Assembly (NCBI GenBank): GCA_964016885.1
Contig: OZ024754.1
Location: forward strand, 23,870,001 to 23,934,000
Direction: 5' to 3'
From: Eledone cirrhosa
Lineage: Eukaryota
Length of the DNA: 64,000 bases
The notes beneath the pieces were generated by a model. That model saw nothing but the letters and a program-made list of their open reading frames with translations, made no database searches and was not told the DNA's origin. The number at the start of each line of letters is the position of its first letter. Position 1 is the first letter of the stretch. The translations under genes were made by a program, and so were the position numbers. Below are positions 1-14,100 of this stretch, piece after piece.

Positions 1-3000
1 GTCTAAGTTTAAAACTTTGTGTTGGGCTTTAAGTCTAAGTCTAAGGCTTGGGGTTGGGGTTGTGTCTAAGTCTAAGTTTTGGTGTTGGGGTTTAAGTCTA
101 AGTCTTATGCCTGTGGTTGGGGTTCAAGTCTAAGTCTAACTCTTGCGCTTGAGCTTCAAGTCTAATTCTAAAGCTTGGGCTTGGTGGTAATTCTAAGTCT
201 AAGTCTTGTGGTTGGTGTTTAAATCTACGTCTAAGGCTTGGGGTATAAATCTAAGTCTAAAGCTTAATGTTTGGGTTTAAATATAAGTCTAAGGCTTCGG
301 GTTGGGGATTAAGTCTAAGTCTAAGACTTTGTGTTGGGGTTTAAGACTTACTCTAAGTCTTGGTGTTGGGGATTATGTCTATGTTTAAGGCTTTGGGTTG
401 TGGTTTAAGTCTAAGTCTAAGGCTTGTGGTTGGGATTTAAGTTTAAGTCTAAGGCTAAGAGATGGTTTTTAAGTCTAAATCTAAGGCTCGTGGTTGGGGT
501 TTAAATCTAAGTCTAAGTCTTGTGGTTGTGGTTTAAATCTAAGGATGGGTGTTGTGGTTTAAGGCTAAGGCTATTGCTTGTGTTTGGGGTTTATGTCTAA
601 GTCTAAGGCATGGGGTTTGGGTTTAAGTCTATGTCTAATGCTTGGGGTTGGGGTTGGGGTCTAAGGCTTTGGGTCGGAGTTTAATTCTAACTCTAAAGAT
701 TGGGGTTGGGGTCAGGCTTTAAGTTTAAGGCTTGGGGTTGGGGTTTAAGTCTAAGTCTCAGGATTGGGATTGGGCTTTCAAATCTAAGTCTAAGGCTTGT
801 GGTTGGGGTTATCGTCTAATCTAAGGCTTGGGGTTAGGGTTTAAGTGTGACGCTTGGGTTTGGGGTTTAAGTCTAAGTCTAAGGCTAGGAGTTGGCATCA
901 AATCTAAGTCTAACCTTTGGGGTTGGTGTTTAAGTCTAAGTCTAAGTTTAGAGTTTAAGTAAAAGGCTTGGGGTTAGGATTTAGGTGTAAGCTTTGTGTT
1001 GGGGTTTAACTCTACGCCTAAGGCTTGAGGTTGGAATTTAAGTCTAAGTCTAAGTTTAAGTTTACGTCTAAGGCTAGGGGTTGGGGCTTAGTCTAAGTCT
1101 TAGGGTTGGGTTTAAGTCTAAGTCTGAGGCTTGTGGTTGGGGTTTCAGTCTAAGTCTAAGGCTTGGGTTTGTGGTTTAAGTCTAAGTCTAAGGGTTGGTG
1201 TTAGGATTTAAGTCTAAGGCTTGGGGTTTAGGTTTAATTCTAACGCTTGGGGTTGGGGATCAAGTATATGTCTAAGGTTTGGTGTTGGGGTTTAAGTCTA
1301 AGTCTAAGGCTTTGGGTTGGTCTTTAAGTCTACGTCTAAGGCTTGGGTTGGGCTTTAAGTCTAAGTCTAAGTCTTGGGGTTGGGGTTTAAGTCTAAGTCT
1401 AAGGATTTGGTTACAGGTTTCTTGGGGATGAGGTTTAAATCTATGTCTAAAGTTTGGCGTTGGGGTTTAAGTCCATGTCTAAGGCTTGGGGTTGGGGATT
1501 AAATCTATGTCTTAGTTTTTGTGTTGTGGTTTAAGTCTAAGTCTAAGTCCTGGGAGTGAGGTGTAAATCTAAGTCTAAGGCTTGGGGTTGGGGTTTAAGT
1601 CTAAATCTAAGGCTTGGGTTGCGGTTTAAGTCTAAGTCTAATGCTTTGGGTTGGGGTTTAAGTTTACGTGTTGGGCTAAAGCTTGGGGTTGGCGTTAGGT
1701 TTTAAATCTAAGTCTAATGCTAGTGGTTTAGGTTTAAGTCTACGTCTATGTTTTGGGGTTGGGGTTTAAGTCTAAGTCTAAGGCTTTGGGTTGTGCTTTA
1801 AGTCTCAGTCTAAGGCTTGTGGTTGGGGTTTAAGTCTAAGGTTATGGCTTTGTGTTGAGGTTTAAGTTTAAGTCTAAGGCTTGGGGTTGGGGTTTATGTC
1901 TAAGTCTAAGTTTTGGGGTTGGGGTTTAAGTCTAAGGCTTATGCTTGTGGTTGGGGTTCACGTCTAAGTCTAACGCTTGCGCTTGGGCTTCAAGTCTAAT
2001 TCTAATGCTTGGGCTTGGGGTTCGGTTTTAAGTCTAAATCTAAGTCTTGTGGTTGGGGTTTCAGTCTAAGTCTAAGGCTTGGGTTTGTGGTTTAGGTCTA
2101 AGTCTAAGGGTTGGTGTTAGGATTTACGTCTAAGGCTTGGGGTTTGAGTTTAATTATAAGGCTTGGAGTTAGGGTTTAAGTCTAAGTCTAACGCTTGGGG
2201 TTGGGGTTCAAGTATATGTCTAAGGTTTGGGGTTGGGGTTTAAGTCTAAGTCTAAGGCTTTGGGTTGGGCTTTAAGTCTAAGTCTAAGTCTTGGGTTGGG
2301 GTTTAAGTCTAAGTCTAAGGCTTTGTGTTGAGGTTTATGTTTAAGTCTAAGGCTTGGGGTCGGAGTTTATGTCTAAGTCTAAGTTTTGGGGTTGGGGTTT
2401 AAGTCTAAGTCTTATGCTTGTGGTTGGGGTTCAAGTCTAAGTCTAACGCTTGCGCTTGGGCTTCAAGTCTAACTCTAAGTCTTGGGGTGTAATTCTAAGT
2501 CTAAAGCTTAATGTTTTGGTTTAAGTCTAAGTCTAAGGCTTCGGTTTGGGGATTAAGTCTAAATCTAAGACTTGGTGTTGGGGTTTAAGTCTAACTCTAA
2601 GGCTTGGTGTTGGGGATTATGTCTATGTTTAAGGCTTTGGGTTGTGGTTTAAGTCTAAGTCTAAGGCTGGGGTTGGTATTTAAATCTAAGTCTAAGGCTT
2701 GGGGTCGAGGTTTAAGTCTAAGTCTAAGGCTAGGAGTTGGGTTTTAAGTCTAAATCTAAGGCTCGGGGTTGGGGTTTATGTCTAAGTCAAAGTCTTGTGG
2801 TTGGGGTTTAAATCTAAGGATTGGTGTTGGGGTTTAAGGCTAAGTCTAATGCTTGTGGTTGGGGTTTGTGTCTAAGTCTAAGGCATGGGTTTGGGTTTAA
2901 GTCTATGTCTAATGCTTGGGGTTGGGGTTGGGGTCTAAGGCTTTAGGATGGAGTTTAATTCTAACTCTAAAGATTGGGGTTGTCGTCAGGCTTTAAGTCT

Positions 3001-6000
3001 AAGGCTTGTGGTTGGGGTTTAAGTCTAAGTCTCAGGATTGGGATTGGGGTTTCAAATCTAAGTCTAAGGCTTGTGGTTGGGGTTATTGTCTAATCTAAGG
3101 CTTGGGGTTAAGGTTTAAGTCTATGTCTAAAGTTTGGGGTTACGGTTTAATTCTAAGTCTAAGGGTTGGGGTTTATGTCTAAGTCTGAGGCTTGGGGTTG
3201 GGGTTTAAGTCTAAGTCTAAGGCTAGGAGTTGGCGTTCAAATCTAAGTCTAACCTTTGGGGTTGGGATTTAAATCTAAGTCTAAGTTTAGAGTTTAAGTC
3301 AAAGGCTTGGTGCTAGGATTTAGGTGTAAGCTTTGTCTTGAGGTTTAGCTCTACGCCTAAGGCTTGAGGTTGGAGTTTAAGTCTAAGTCTAAGTTTAAGT
3401 TTACGTCTAAGGCTAGGGGTTGGGCTTTAGTCTAAGTCTTAGGGTTGGGTTTTAAGTCTAAGTCTGAGGCTTGGTGTTGCGGTTTAAGTCTAAGTCTAAG
3501 GCTTGTGGTTGAGGTTTAAGTCTAAATCCTGGGGTTCGGGTTTAAGTCTAAGTCTAAGTCTTGTGGTTGAGGGTTTCAGTCTAAGTCTAAGGCTTGGGTT
3601 TGTGGTTTAAGTCTAAGTCTAAGGGTTGGTGTTAGGACTTAAATCTAACACTTGGGGTTTGGGTTTAATTCTAAGGCTTGGAGTTGGGGTTTAAGTCTAA
3701 GTCTAACGCTTGGGGTTGGGGTTCAAGTATATGTCTAAGTTTTGGGGTTGGGGTTTAAGTCTAAGTCTAAGGCTTTGGTTTGGGCCTTAAGTCTCAGTCT
3801 AAGGCTTGTGCTTGGGGTTTAAGTCTAAGTCTAAGTCTTGGGGTTGGGCTTTAAGTCTAAGTCTATGGCTTTGTGTTGAGGTTTAAGATTAAGTCTAAGG
3901 CTTGGTGTTGGGGGTTTATGTCTAAGTCTAAGTTTTGGGGTTGGGGTTAAAGTCTAAGACTTATGTTTGTGGTTGGGGTTCAAGTCTAAGTCTAACGCTT
4001 GCGCTTGGGCTTCAAGTCTAATTCTAAAGCTTGGGCTTGGTGGTGTAATTCTAATTCTAAGATTTGTGGTTGGGGTTTAAATCTACGTCTAAGTCTAAAG
4101 CTTAATGTTTGGGTATAAGTCTAAATCTAATGTTTGGTGTTGGGATTTAGGTCTATGTATAAGGCTATGGTTTGGTGTTTAAGTCTATGTCTAAGGCTTG
4201 GGTTTTGGTTTAAGTCTAAGACTTGGCTTACGGTTTAAGTCTAAGACTAAGAATTGGGGTTGAGGTTTAGGTCTAAGTGTCAGGATTGGGATTGGCATTT
4301 CAAATCTAAGTCTAAGGCTTGTGGTTGGGGTTATAGTCTAATCTAAGGCTTGGGGTTAGGGTTTAAGTCTAAGTCTAAAGTTTGGGGTTGGGGTTTAAGT
4401 CTAAGTCTAAGGGTTGGGGTTTATGTCTAAGTCTGAGGCTTGGAGTTGGGGTTTAAGTCTAAGTCTAAGGCTAGGAGTTGGCGTTCAAATCTACATCTAA
4501 CCTTTGGGGTTGGGGTTCAAGTCTAAAATCTAAGTTTAGAGTTTAAGTCAAAGGCTTGGGGTTAGGATTTAGGTGTAAGCTTTGTGTTGGGGTTTAACTC
4601 TACGCCTAAGGCTTGAGGTTGGAGTTTAAGTCTAAGTCTAAGTTTAAGTTTACGTCTAAGGCTAGGGGTTGGGGCTTAGTCTAAGTCTTGTGGTTGGGGT
4701 TTCAGTCTAAGTCTAAGGCTTGGGTTTGTGGTTTAGGTCTAAGTCTAAGGGTTGGTGTTAGGATTTACGTCTAAGGCTTGGGGTTTGGGTTTAATTATAA
4801 GGCTTGGAGTTGGGGTTTAAGTCTAAGTCTAACGCTTGTGGTTGGGGTTCAAGTATAATTCTAAGGTTTGCGGTTGGGGTTTAAGTCTAAGTCTAAGGCT
4901 TTGGGTTGGGCTTTAAGTCTAAGTCTAAGGCTTGGGTTGGGGTTTAAGTCTAAGTCTAAGGCTTTGTGTCGAGGTTTAAGTCTAAGTCTGAGACTTGGGG
5001 TTGGGGTTTAAGTCTAAGTCTAAGGCTTCTGGTTGGGGTTTAAGTCTAAGGCTTCGGTTTCGGGTTTAAGTCTAAGGCTTAGTGTTGGTTTAGGATTTAA
5101 GTCTAAGGCTTGGGGTTAGTGTTTAATTCTAAGGGTTGGTGTTGGGGTTTAAGTCTAAGTCTAATGCTAGTGGGTAGTTTTCAAGTCTAAGTCTAAAGTT
5201 TGGGGTTGGGGTTTAAGTATATGTCTACGGTTTGGGGTTGGGGTTTAAGTCTAAGTCTAAGGCTTTGGGTTGGGGTTTAAGTCTAAGTCTAAGGCTTGGG
5301 GCTGGGGTTTATGTTCTAAGTCTAAGTCTTGGGGTTGGTGTTTACGTCTAAGTCTAAGTCTTGGGGTTGGGGTTTAAGTCTAAGTTTAAGGCTTTGTGTT
5401 GAGGTTTAAGTTTAAGTCTAAGGCTTGGGGTTGGGGTTTATGTCTAAGTCTTATGCTTGTGGTTGGGGTTCAAGTCTAACTCTAACGGTTTCGCTTGGGC
5501 TTCAAGTCTAACTCTAACTCTTGGGCTTGGGTGTAATTCTAAGTCTAAGTCTTGTGGTTGGGGCTTAAATCTAGGTCTAAGGTCTGGGGTATAAGTCTAA
5601 GTCTAAAGCTTAATGTTTGGGTTTAAGTCAAAGTCTAAGACTTGGTGTTGGGGATTATGTCTATGTTTAAGGCTTTGGGTTGTGGTTTAAATCTAAGTCT
5701 AAGGCTGGGGTTGGTATTTAAATCTAAGTCTAAGGCTTGGGGTTGGGATTTAAGTTTAAGTCTAAGGCTAGGAGTTGGTTTTTAAGTCTAAATCTAAGGC
5801 TTGGGGTTGGGGTTTAAGTGAAGTATAAGTCTTGTCGTTGGGCTTTAAATCTAAGGATGGGTGTTGGGGGTTTAAGGCTAAGTCTAATGCTTGTGGTTGG
5901 GGTTTATGTCTAAGTCTAAGGCATGGGTATGTGTTTAAGTCTATGTCTAATGCTTGGGGTTGGGGTTGGGGTATAAGGCTTTGGATTGGAGTTTAATTCT

Positions 6001-6795
6001 AACTCTAAAGATTGGGGTTGGGGTCAGGCTTTAAGTCTAAGGCTTGGGGTTTGTGTTTATGTCTAAGTCTCAGGATTGGGATTGGGGTTTCAAATCTAAG
6101 TCTAAGGCTTGTGGTTGGGGTTATAGTCTAATCTAAGGCTTGGGGCTAGGGTTTAAGTCTAAGTCTAAAGTTTGGCGTTGGGGTTTAAGTCTAAGTCTAA
6201 GGGTTGGGGTTTATGTCTAAGTCTGAGGCTTGGGGTTGGGGTTTAAGTCCAAGTCTAAGGCTAGGAGTTGGCGTTCAAAACTAAGTCTAACCTTTGGGGT
6301 TGGGATTTAAGTCTAAGTTTAAGTTTAGAGTTTAAGTCAAAGGCTTGGGGTTAGGATTTAGGTGTAAGCTTTGTGTTGGGGTTTAACTCTACGCCTAAGG
6401 CTTGAGGTTGGAGTTTAAGTCTAAGTCTAAGTTTAAGTTTACGTCTAAGGCTAGGGGTTGGGGTTTAGTCTAAGTCTTAGGGTTGGGGTTTAAGTCTAAG
6501 TCTGAGGCTTGGGGTTGGGGTTTAAGTCTAAGTCTAAGGCTTGTGGTTGGGGTTTAAGTCTAAGGCTTGGGGTTCGGGTTTAAGTCTAAGGCTTGGGTTT
6601 GTGGTTGGCGTTTCAGTCTAAGTCTAAAGCTTGGTTTTGTGGTTTAAGTCTAAGTCTAAGGGTTGGTGTTCGTATTTAAGTCTAAGTTTTGGGGTTTGGG
6701 TTTAATTCTAAGCCTTGGAGTTGGGGTTTAAGTCTAAGTCTAACGCTTGGTGTTGGGGTTCAAGTATATAACTAAGGTTTGGGGTTGGGGTTCAA

Positions 6796-8598
6796 GTCTA
6801 AGTTTAAAACTTTGTGTTGGGCTTTAAGTCTAAGTCTAAGGCTTGGGGTTGGGGGTTGTGTCTAAGTCTAAGTTTTGGTGTTGGGGTTTAAGTCTAAGTC
6901 TTATGCCTGTGGTTGGGGTTCAAGTCTAAGTCTAACTCTTGCGCTTGAGCTTCAAGTCTAATTCTAAAGCTTGGGCTTGGTGGTAATTCTAAGTCTAAGT
7001 CTTGTGGTTGGTGTTTAAATCTACGTCTAAGGCTTGGGGTATAAATCTAAGTCTAAAGCTTAATGTTTGGGTTTAAATATAAGTCTAAGGCTTCGGGTTG
7101 GGGATTAAGTCTAAGTCTAAGACTTTGTGTTGGGGTTTAAGACTTACTCTAAGTCTTGGTGTTGGGGATTATGTCTATGTTTAAGGCTTTGGGTTGTGGT
7201 TTAAGTCTAAGTCTAAGGCTGGGGTTGGTATTTAAGTCTAAGTCTAAGGCTTGTGGTTGGGATTTAAGTTTAAGTCTAAGGCTAAGAGATGGTTTTTAAG
7301 TCTAAATCTAAGGCTCGTGGTTGGGGTTTAAATCTAAGTCTAAGTCTTGTGGTTGTGGTTTAAATCTAAGGATGGGTGTTGTGGTTTAAGGCTAAGGCTA
7401 TTGCTTGTGTTTGGGGTTTATGTCTAAGTCTAAGGCATGGGGTTTGGGTTTAAGTCTATGTCTAATGCTTGGGGTTGGGGTTGGGGTCTAAGGCTTTGGG
7501 TCGGAGTTTAATTCTAACTCTAAAGATTGGGGTTGGGGTCAGGCTTTAAGTTTAAGGCTTGGGGTTGGGGTTTAAGTCTAAGTCTCAGGATTGGGATTGG
7601 GCTTTCAAATCTAAGTCTAAGGCTTGTGGTTGGGGTTATCGTCTAATCTAAGGCTTGGGGTTAGGGTTTAAGTGTGACGCTTGGGTTTGGGGTTTAAGTC
7701 TAAGTCTAAGGCTAGGAGTTGGCATCAAATCTAAGTCTAACCTTTGGGGTTGGTGTTTAAGTCTAAGTCTAAGTTTAGAGTTTAAGTCAAAGGCTTGGGG
7801 TTAGGATTTAGGTGTAAGCTTTGTGTTGGGGTTTAACTCTACGCCTAAGGCTTGAGGTTGGAATTTAAGTCTAAGTCTAAGTTTAAGTTTACGTCTAAGG
7901 CTAGGGGTTGGGGCTTAGTCTAAGTCTTAGGGTTGGGTTTAAGTCTAAGTCTGAGGCTTGTGGTTGGGGTTTCAGTCTAAGTCTAAGGCTTGGGTTTGTG
8001 GTTTAAGTCTAAGTCTAAGGGTTGGTGTTAGGATTTAAGTCTAAGGCTTGGGGTTTAGGTTTAATTCTAACGCTTGGGGTTGGGGATCAAGTATATGTCT
8101 AAGGTTTGGTGTTGGGGTTTAAGTCTAAGTCTAAGGCTTTGGGTTGGTCTTTAAGTCTACGTCTAAGGCTTGGGTTGGGCTTTAAGTCTAAGTCTAAGTC
8201 TTGGGGTTGGGGTTTAAGTCTAAGTCTAAGGATTTGGTTACAGGTTTCTTGGGGATGAGGTTTAAATCTATGTCTAAAGTTTGGCGTTGGGGTTTAAGTC
8301 CATGTCTAAGGCTTGGGGTTGGGGATTAAATCTATGTCTTAGTTTTTGTGTTGTGGTTTAAGTCTAAGTCTAAGTCCTGGGAGTGAGGTGTAAATCTAAG
8401 TCTAAGGCTTGGGGTTGGGGTTTAAGTCTAAATCTAAGGCTTGGGTTGCGGTTTAAGTCTAAGTCTAATGCTTTGGGTTGGGGTTTAAGTTTACGTGTTG
8501 GGCTAAAGCTTGGGGTTGGCGTTAGGTTTTAAATCTAAGTCTAATGCTAGTGGTTTAGGTTTAAGTCTACGTCTATGTTTTGGGGTTGGGGTTTAAGT
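6796..8598 (+). repeat. Near-identical duplicate of 1-1771 (higher-order repeat)
   Basis: GTCTAAGTTTAAAACTTTGTGTTGGGC starts at 1 and at 6796; rare variants stay colinear; the offset moves from 6795 to 6827 by one extra 32-bp monomer near 7220. Confidence 0.9.
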
Positions 8599-11167
8599 GT
8601 ATGTCTAAGGCATGTGGTTTGGGTTTATGTCTAAGGCTTGTGGTTTGGGTTTAAATCTAAGGCTTGGAGTTGGGGTTTACTCTAAGTCTAAAGTTTGTGG
8701 TTGGAATTTAAGTCTAAATCTAAGTTTAAGTTTACGTCTAACTCTAAGGGTTGGGGTTTAAGTCTAAGTCTGAGGCTTGGGGTTGGGGTTCAAGTATAAG
8801 TCTAAGGCTAGGAGTTGGTGTTCACATCTAAGTGTAACCTTTGGAGTTGTGGTTTAAGTCTAAGTCTAAATCTTGCAGTTGGTGTTCAAGTCTAAGGCTT
8901 GGGGTTGCGGTTTAAGTCTAAGGCTTGGGGTTAGGGTTTAAGTGTAAGTGTAAGTTTAAGTTTATGTCTAAGGTTAGAGGTTGGGGTTTAGTCTAAGGGT
9001 TGGGGTTTAACTCTAAGTCTGAGGCTGCTTGGGGTTGGGGTTTAAGTCTAAGGCTTGGGTTTAGGGTTTAAGTCTAAGTCTAAGTGTAGGGGTTTAAGTC
9101 AAATTCTAAGGCTTGTGGTTCGGGTTTAAGTCTAAGCCAAGGCTTGTGTTTGGGGTTTAAGTCTAGGTCGAAGGCTTGGTTTTGGGTTTTAAGTCTAATT
9201 CTAAGGGTTGGGGTTTGGGGTTTAAGTCTGAGTCTGAGGCTCGGGATTGGGGTTTAAATCTAAGTCTAAGTCTTGTGGATGGGTCTTGGGGTTTAAGGCT
9301 AAGTCTAATGCTTGTGGTTGGGGTTTATGTCTAAGTCTAAGGCATAGGGTTAGGGTTTAAGACTAAGTCTAAGGCTTGGGCTTGGGGTATAAGTCCAAGT
9401 CTAAGGATAAGGTTGGGCTTCGGGTTTAAATCTAAGGGTTGTGGTTAGGATTTAATTCTAAGGCTTGGAGTTGGGGTTTACGTCTAATTCTAAAGCTTGG
9501 GATCGGGGTTTAAGTCTAAGTCTAAGTCTTGGGGTTGGCGTTTAAGTCTAAGTCTTGGGGTTCGGGTTTAAGACTAAGTTTCAGGCTTGGGTTTCGGGTT
9601 TAAGTCTAATTCTAAGGCTTCGTGTTCTGCTTCAAGTCTAAGTCTGATTTTTGGTGTTGGGGTTTAAATCTAAGTCTAAGTCTAAGGCTTGGGTTTTGGG
9701 TTAGGCGTTAAGTCTAAGGCTTATAGTTGTGGTTTAAGTCTAAGTCTAAGGCTTGGGGTTAGTGTTTAAGTTTAAGTCTAAGGCTAGGAGTTGGTGTTTA
9801 AGTCAATGTCTAAGGCTTGGGGTTGGGATTTATGTCTAAGGCTTGTGGTTATGGTTTAATTCTGAGGCTTGGAGTTGGGGTTTAAGTCTAAGTCCAATGC
9901 TAGTGATTGGGGTTTAAGTCTAAGTCTAAGGCTTGGGTTTGGGGTTCAAGTCTAAGTCTAAGGATTAAGGTTGGGCTTTAAGTTTACGGGTTGGGCTAAG
10001 GCTTGGGGTTGGGGTTAGGTTGTAAGTCTAAAGTGTGTTATTAGGGTTTAATTCAAAGGAATGGGGTTGTGGTTTAAGTCAATGTCTAAGGCTTTGGGTT
10101 GTGGTTTAAGTCTATGTCTAAGGCCTGGGTTTGGTATTTAAATATAAGTCTAAGACTTGGGGATCGAGGTTTAAGTCTAAGTCTAAGGCTTGGTGTTGGG
10201 GTTTAATTCTAATTCTAAACCTTTGGTTTGGGGTTAGTGTCTAGGTCTAAGGCTTGAGGTTGGGGTTTAAGTCTAAGTCGAAGGCTTAGGGTTGGGGTGT
10301 AAGTCTAATTCTAAGCCTTTGGGTTGAGGTTTAAGTCTATGTCTAAGGTTTGGGGTTGGGTTTAAGTCTAAGTGTAAGGCTTGGGGTTGGGGTTTAAGTA
10401 TAAGTCTAGAGCTTCGATTATGGGTTTAAGTCTAATTCTAAGGATTTGGGTAAGTTTTCTTGGGGTTGAGGTTTAAATCTGTCTAAAGTTTGGCTTGGGG
10501 TGTAAGTCTAAATCTAAGGCATGGGGTTTGGGTTTAAGTCTAAGTCTAAGGCTTAGGGTTGGGGTTTAGGTCTATGTCTAAGGCTTTGTGTTGGATTTAA
10601 GTCTAAGTGTAAGGCTTGGGGTTGGGGTTTAAATGTAAGTCTAAAGCTTCGGTTATGGGTTTAAGTCTAATTCTAAGGATTTGGTTACAGGTTTCTTGGG
10701 GATGAGGTTTAAATCTATGTCTAAAGTTTGGCGTTGGGGTTTAAGTCCATGTCTAAGGCTTGGGGTTGGGGATTAAATCTATGTCTTAGTGTTTGTGTTG
10801 TGGTTTAAGTCTAAGTCTAAGTCCTGGGAGTGAGGTGTAAATCTAAGTCTAAGGCTTGGGGTTGGGGTTTAAGTCTAAATCTAAGGCTTGGGTTGCGGTT
10901 TAAGTCTAAGTCTAATGCTTTGGGTTGAGGTTTAAGTTTAAGTGTTGGGCTAAAGCTTGGGGTTGGCGTTAGGTTTTAAATCTAAGTCTAATGCTAGTGG
11001 TTTAGGTTTAAGTCTACGTCTATGTTTTGGGGTTGGGTTTAAGTGTATGTCTAAGGCATGTGGTTGGGGTTTAAGTCTAAGGCTTGTGGTTTGGGTTTAA
11101 ATCTAAGGCTTGGAGTTGGGGTTTACTCTAAGTCTAAAGTTTGTGGTTGGGATTTAAGTCTAAATCT

Positions 11168-14100
11168 AAGTTTAAGTTTACGTCTAACTCTAAGGGTTGG
11201 GGTTTAAGTCTAAGTCTGAGGCTTGGGGTTGGGGTTTAAGTATAAGTCTAAGGCTAGGAGTTGGTGTTCAAATCTAAGTGTAACCTTTGGAGTTGTGGTT
11301 TAAGTCTAAGTCTAAATCTTGCAGTTGGTGTTCAAGTCTAAGGCTTGGTGTTGCGGTTTAAGTCTAAGGCTTGGGGTTAGGGTTTAAGTGTAAGTGTAAG
11401 TTTAAGTTTATGTCTAAGGTTAGAGGTTGGGGTTTAGTCTAAGGGTTGGGGTTTAACTCTAAGTCTGAGGCTTGGGGTTGGGGTTTAAGTCTAGGTCGAA
11501 GGCTTGGTTTTGGGTTTTAAGTCTAATTCTAACGGTTGGGGTTTGGGGTTTAAGTCTGAGTCTGAGGCTCGGGATTGGGGTTTAAATCTAAGTCTAAGTC
11601 TTGTGGTTGAGGTTTAAATCTAAGGATGGGTGTTGGGGTTTAAGGCTAAGTCTAATGCTTGTGGTTGGGGTTTATGTCTAAGTCTAAGGCATAGGGTTAG
11701 GGTTTAAGACTAAGTCTAAGGCTTGGGCTTGGGGTATAAGTCCAAGTCTAAGGATAAGGTTGGGCTTCGGGTTTAAATCTAAGGGTTGTGGTTAGGATTT
11801 AATTGTAAGGCTTGGAGTTGGGGTTTACGTCTAATTCTAAAGCTTGGGTTCGGGGTTTAAGTCTAAGTCTAAGTCTTGGGGTTGGCGTTTAAGTCTAAGG
11901 CTTGGGGTTCGGGTTTAAGACTAAGTTTCAGGCTTGGGTTTCGGGTTTAAGTCTAATTCTAAGGCTTCGTGTTCTGCTTCAAGTCTAAGTCTGATTTTTG
12001 GTGTTGGGGTTTAAATCTAAGTCTAAGTCTAAGGCTTGGGTTTTGTGTTAGGCGTTAAGTCTAAGGCTTATAGTTGTGGTTTAAGTCTAAGTCTAAGGCT
12101 TGGGGTTAGTGTTTAAGTTTAAGTCTAAGGCTAGGAGTTGGTGTTTAAGTCAATGTCTAAGGCTTGGGGTTGGGATTTATGTCTAAGGCTTGTGGTATGG
12201 TTTAATTTTGAGGCTTGGAGTTGGGGTTTAAGTCTAAGTCCAATGCTAGTGATTGGGGTTTAAGTCTAAGTCTAAGGCTTGGGTTTGGGGTTCAAGTCTA
12301 AGTCTAAGGATTAAGGTTGGGCTTTAAGTTTACGGGTTGGGCTAAGGCTTGGGGTTGGGGTTAGGTTGTAAGTCTAAAGTGTGTTATTAGGGTTTAATTC
12401 AAAGGAATGGGGTTGTGGTTTAAGTCAATGTCTAAGGCTTTGGGTTGTGGTTTAAGTCTATGTCTAAGGCCTGGGTTTGGTATTTAAATATAAGTCTAAG
12501 ACTTGGGGATCGAGGTTTAAGTCTAAGTCTAAGGCTTGGTGTTGGGGTTTAATTCTAATTCTAAACCTTTGGTTTGGGGTTAGTGTCTAGGTCTAAGGCT
12601 TGAGGTTGGGGTTTAAGTCTAAGTCGAAGGCTTAGGGTTGGGGTGTAAGTCTAAGTCTAAGCCTTTGGGTTGAGGTTTAAGTCTATGTCTAAGGTTTGGG
12701 GTTAAGTTTAAGTTTACGTCTAACTCTAAGGGTTGGGGTTTAAGTCTAAGTCTGAGGCTTGGGGTTGGGGTTTAAGTATAAGTCTAAGGCTAGGAGTTGG
12801 TGTTCAAATCTAAGTGTAACCTTTGGAGTTGTGGTTTAAGTCTAAGTCTAAATCTTGCAGTTGGTGTTCAAGTCTAAGGCTTGGGGTTGCGGTTTAAGTC
12901 TAAGGCTTGGGTTAGGGTTTAAGTGTAAGTGTAAGTTTAAGTTTATGTCTAAGGCTAGAGGTTGGGGTTTAGTCTAAGGGTTGGGGTTTAACTCTAAGTC
13001 TGAGGCTTGGGTTTAGGGTTTAAGTCTAAGTCTAAGTTTAGGGGTTTAAGTCTAAGTCTAAGGCTGTGGTTTGGGGTTTAAGTCAAATTCTAAGGCTTGT
13101 GGTTCGAGTTTAAGTCTAAGTCTAAGGCTTGTGTTTGGGGTTTAAGTCTAGGTCGAAGGCTTGGTTTTGGGTTTTAAGTCTAATTCTAAGGGTTGGGGTT
13201 TTGGGTTTAAGTCTGAGTCTGAGGCTCGGGATTGGGTTTTAAATCTAAGTCTAAGTCTTGTGGTTGAGGTTTAAATCTAAGGATGGGTGTTGGGGTTTAA
13301 GGCTAAGTCTAATGCTTGTGGTTGGGGTTTATGTCTAAGTCTAAGGCATAGGGTTAGGGTTTAAGACTAAGTCTAAGGCTTGGGCTTGGGGTATAAGTCC
13401 AAGTCTAAGGATAAGGTTGGGCTTCGGGTTTAAATCTAAGGGTTGTGGTTAGGATTTAATTCTAAGGCTTGGAGTTGGGGTTTACGTCTAATTCTAAAGC
13501 TTGGGTTCGGGGTTTAAGTCTAAGTCTAAGTCTTGGGGTTGGCGTTTAAGTCTAAGGCTTGGGGTTCGGGTTTAAGACTAAGTTTCAGGCTTGGGTTTCG
13601 GGTTTAAGTCTAATTCTAAGGCTTCGTGTTCTGCTTCAAGTCTAAGTCTGATTTTTGGTGTTGGGGTTTAAATCTAAGTCTAAGTCTAAGGCTTGGGTTT
13701 TGTGTTAGGCGTTAAGTCTAAGGCTTATAGTTGTGGTTTAAGTCTAAGTCTAAGGCTTGGGGTTAGTGTTTAAGTTTAAGTCTAAGGCTAGGAGTTGGTG
13801 TTTAAGTCAATGTCTAAGGCTTGGGGTTGGGATTTATGTCTAAGGCTTGTGGTATGGTTTAATTTTGAGGCTTGGAGTTGGGGTTTAAGTCTAAGTCCAA
13901 TGCTAGTGATTGGGGTTTAAGTCTAAGTCTAAGGCTTGGGTTTGGGGTTCAAGTCTAAGTCTAAGGATTAAGGTTGGGCTTTAAGTTTACGGGTTGGGCT
14001 AAGGCTTGGGGTTGGGGTTAGGTTGTAAGTCTAAAGTGTGTTATTAGGGTTTAATTCAAAGGAATGGGGTTGTGGTTTAAGTCAATGTCTAAGGCTTTGG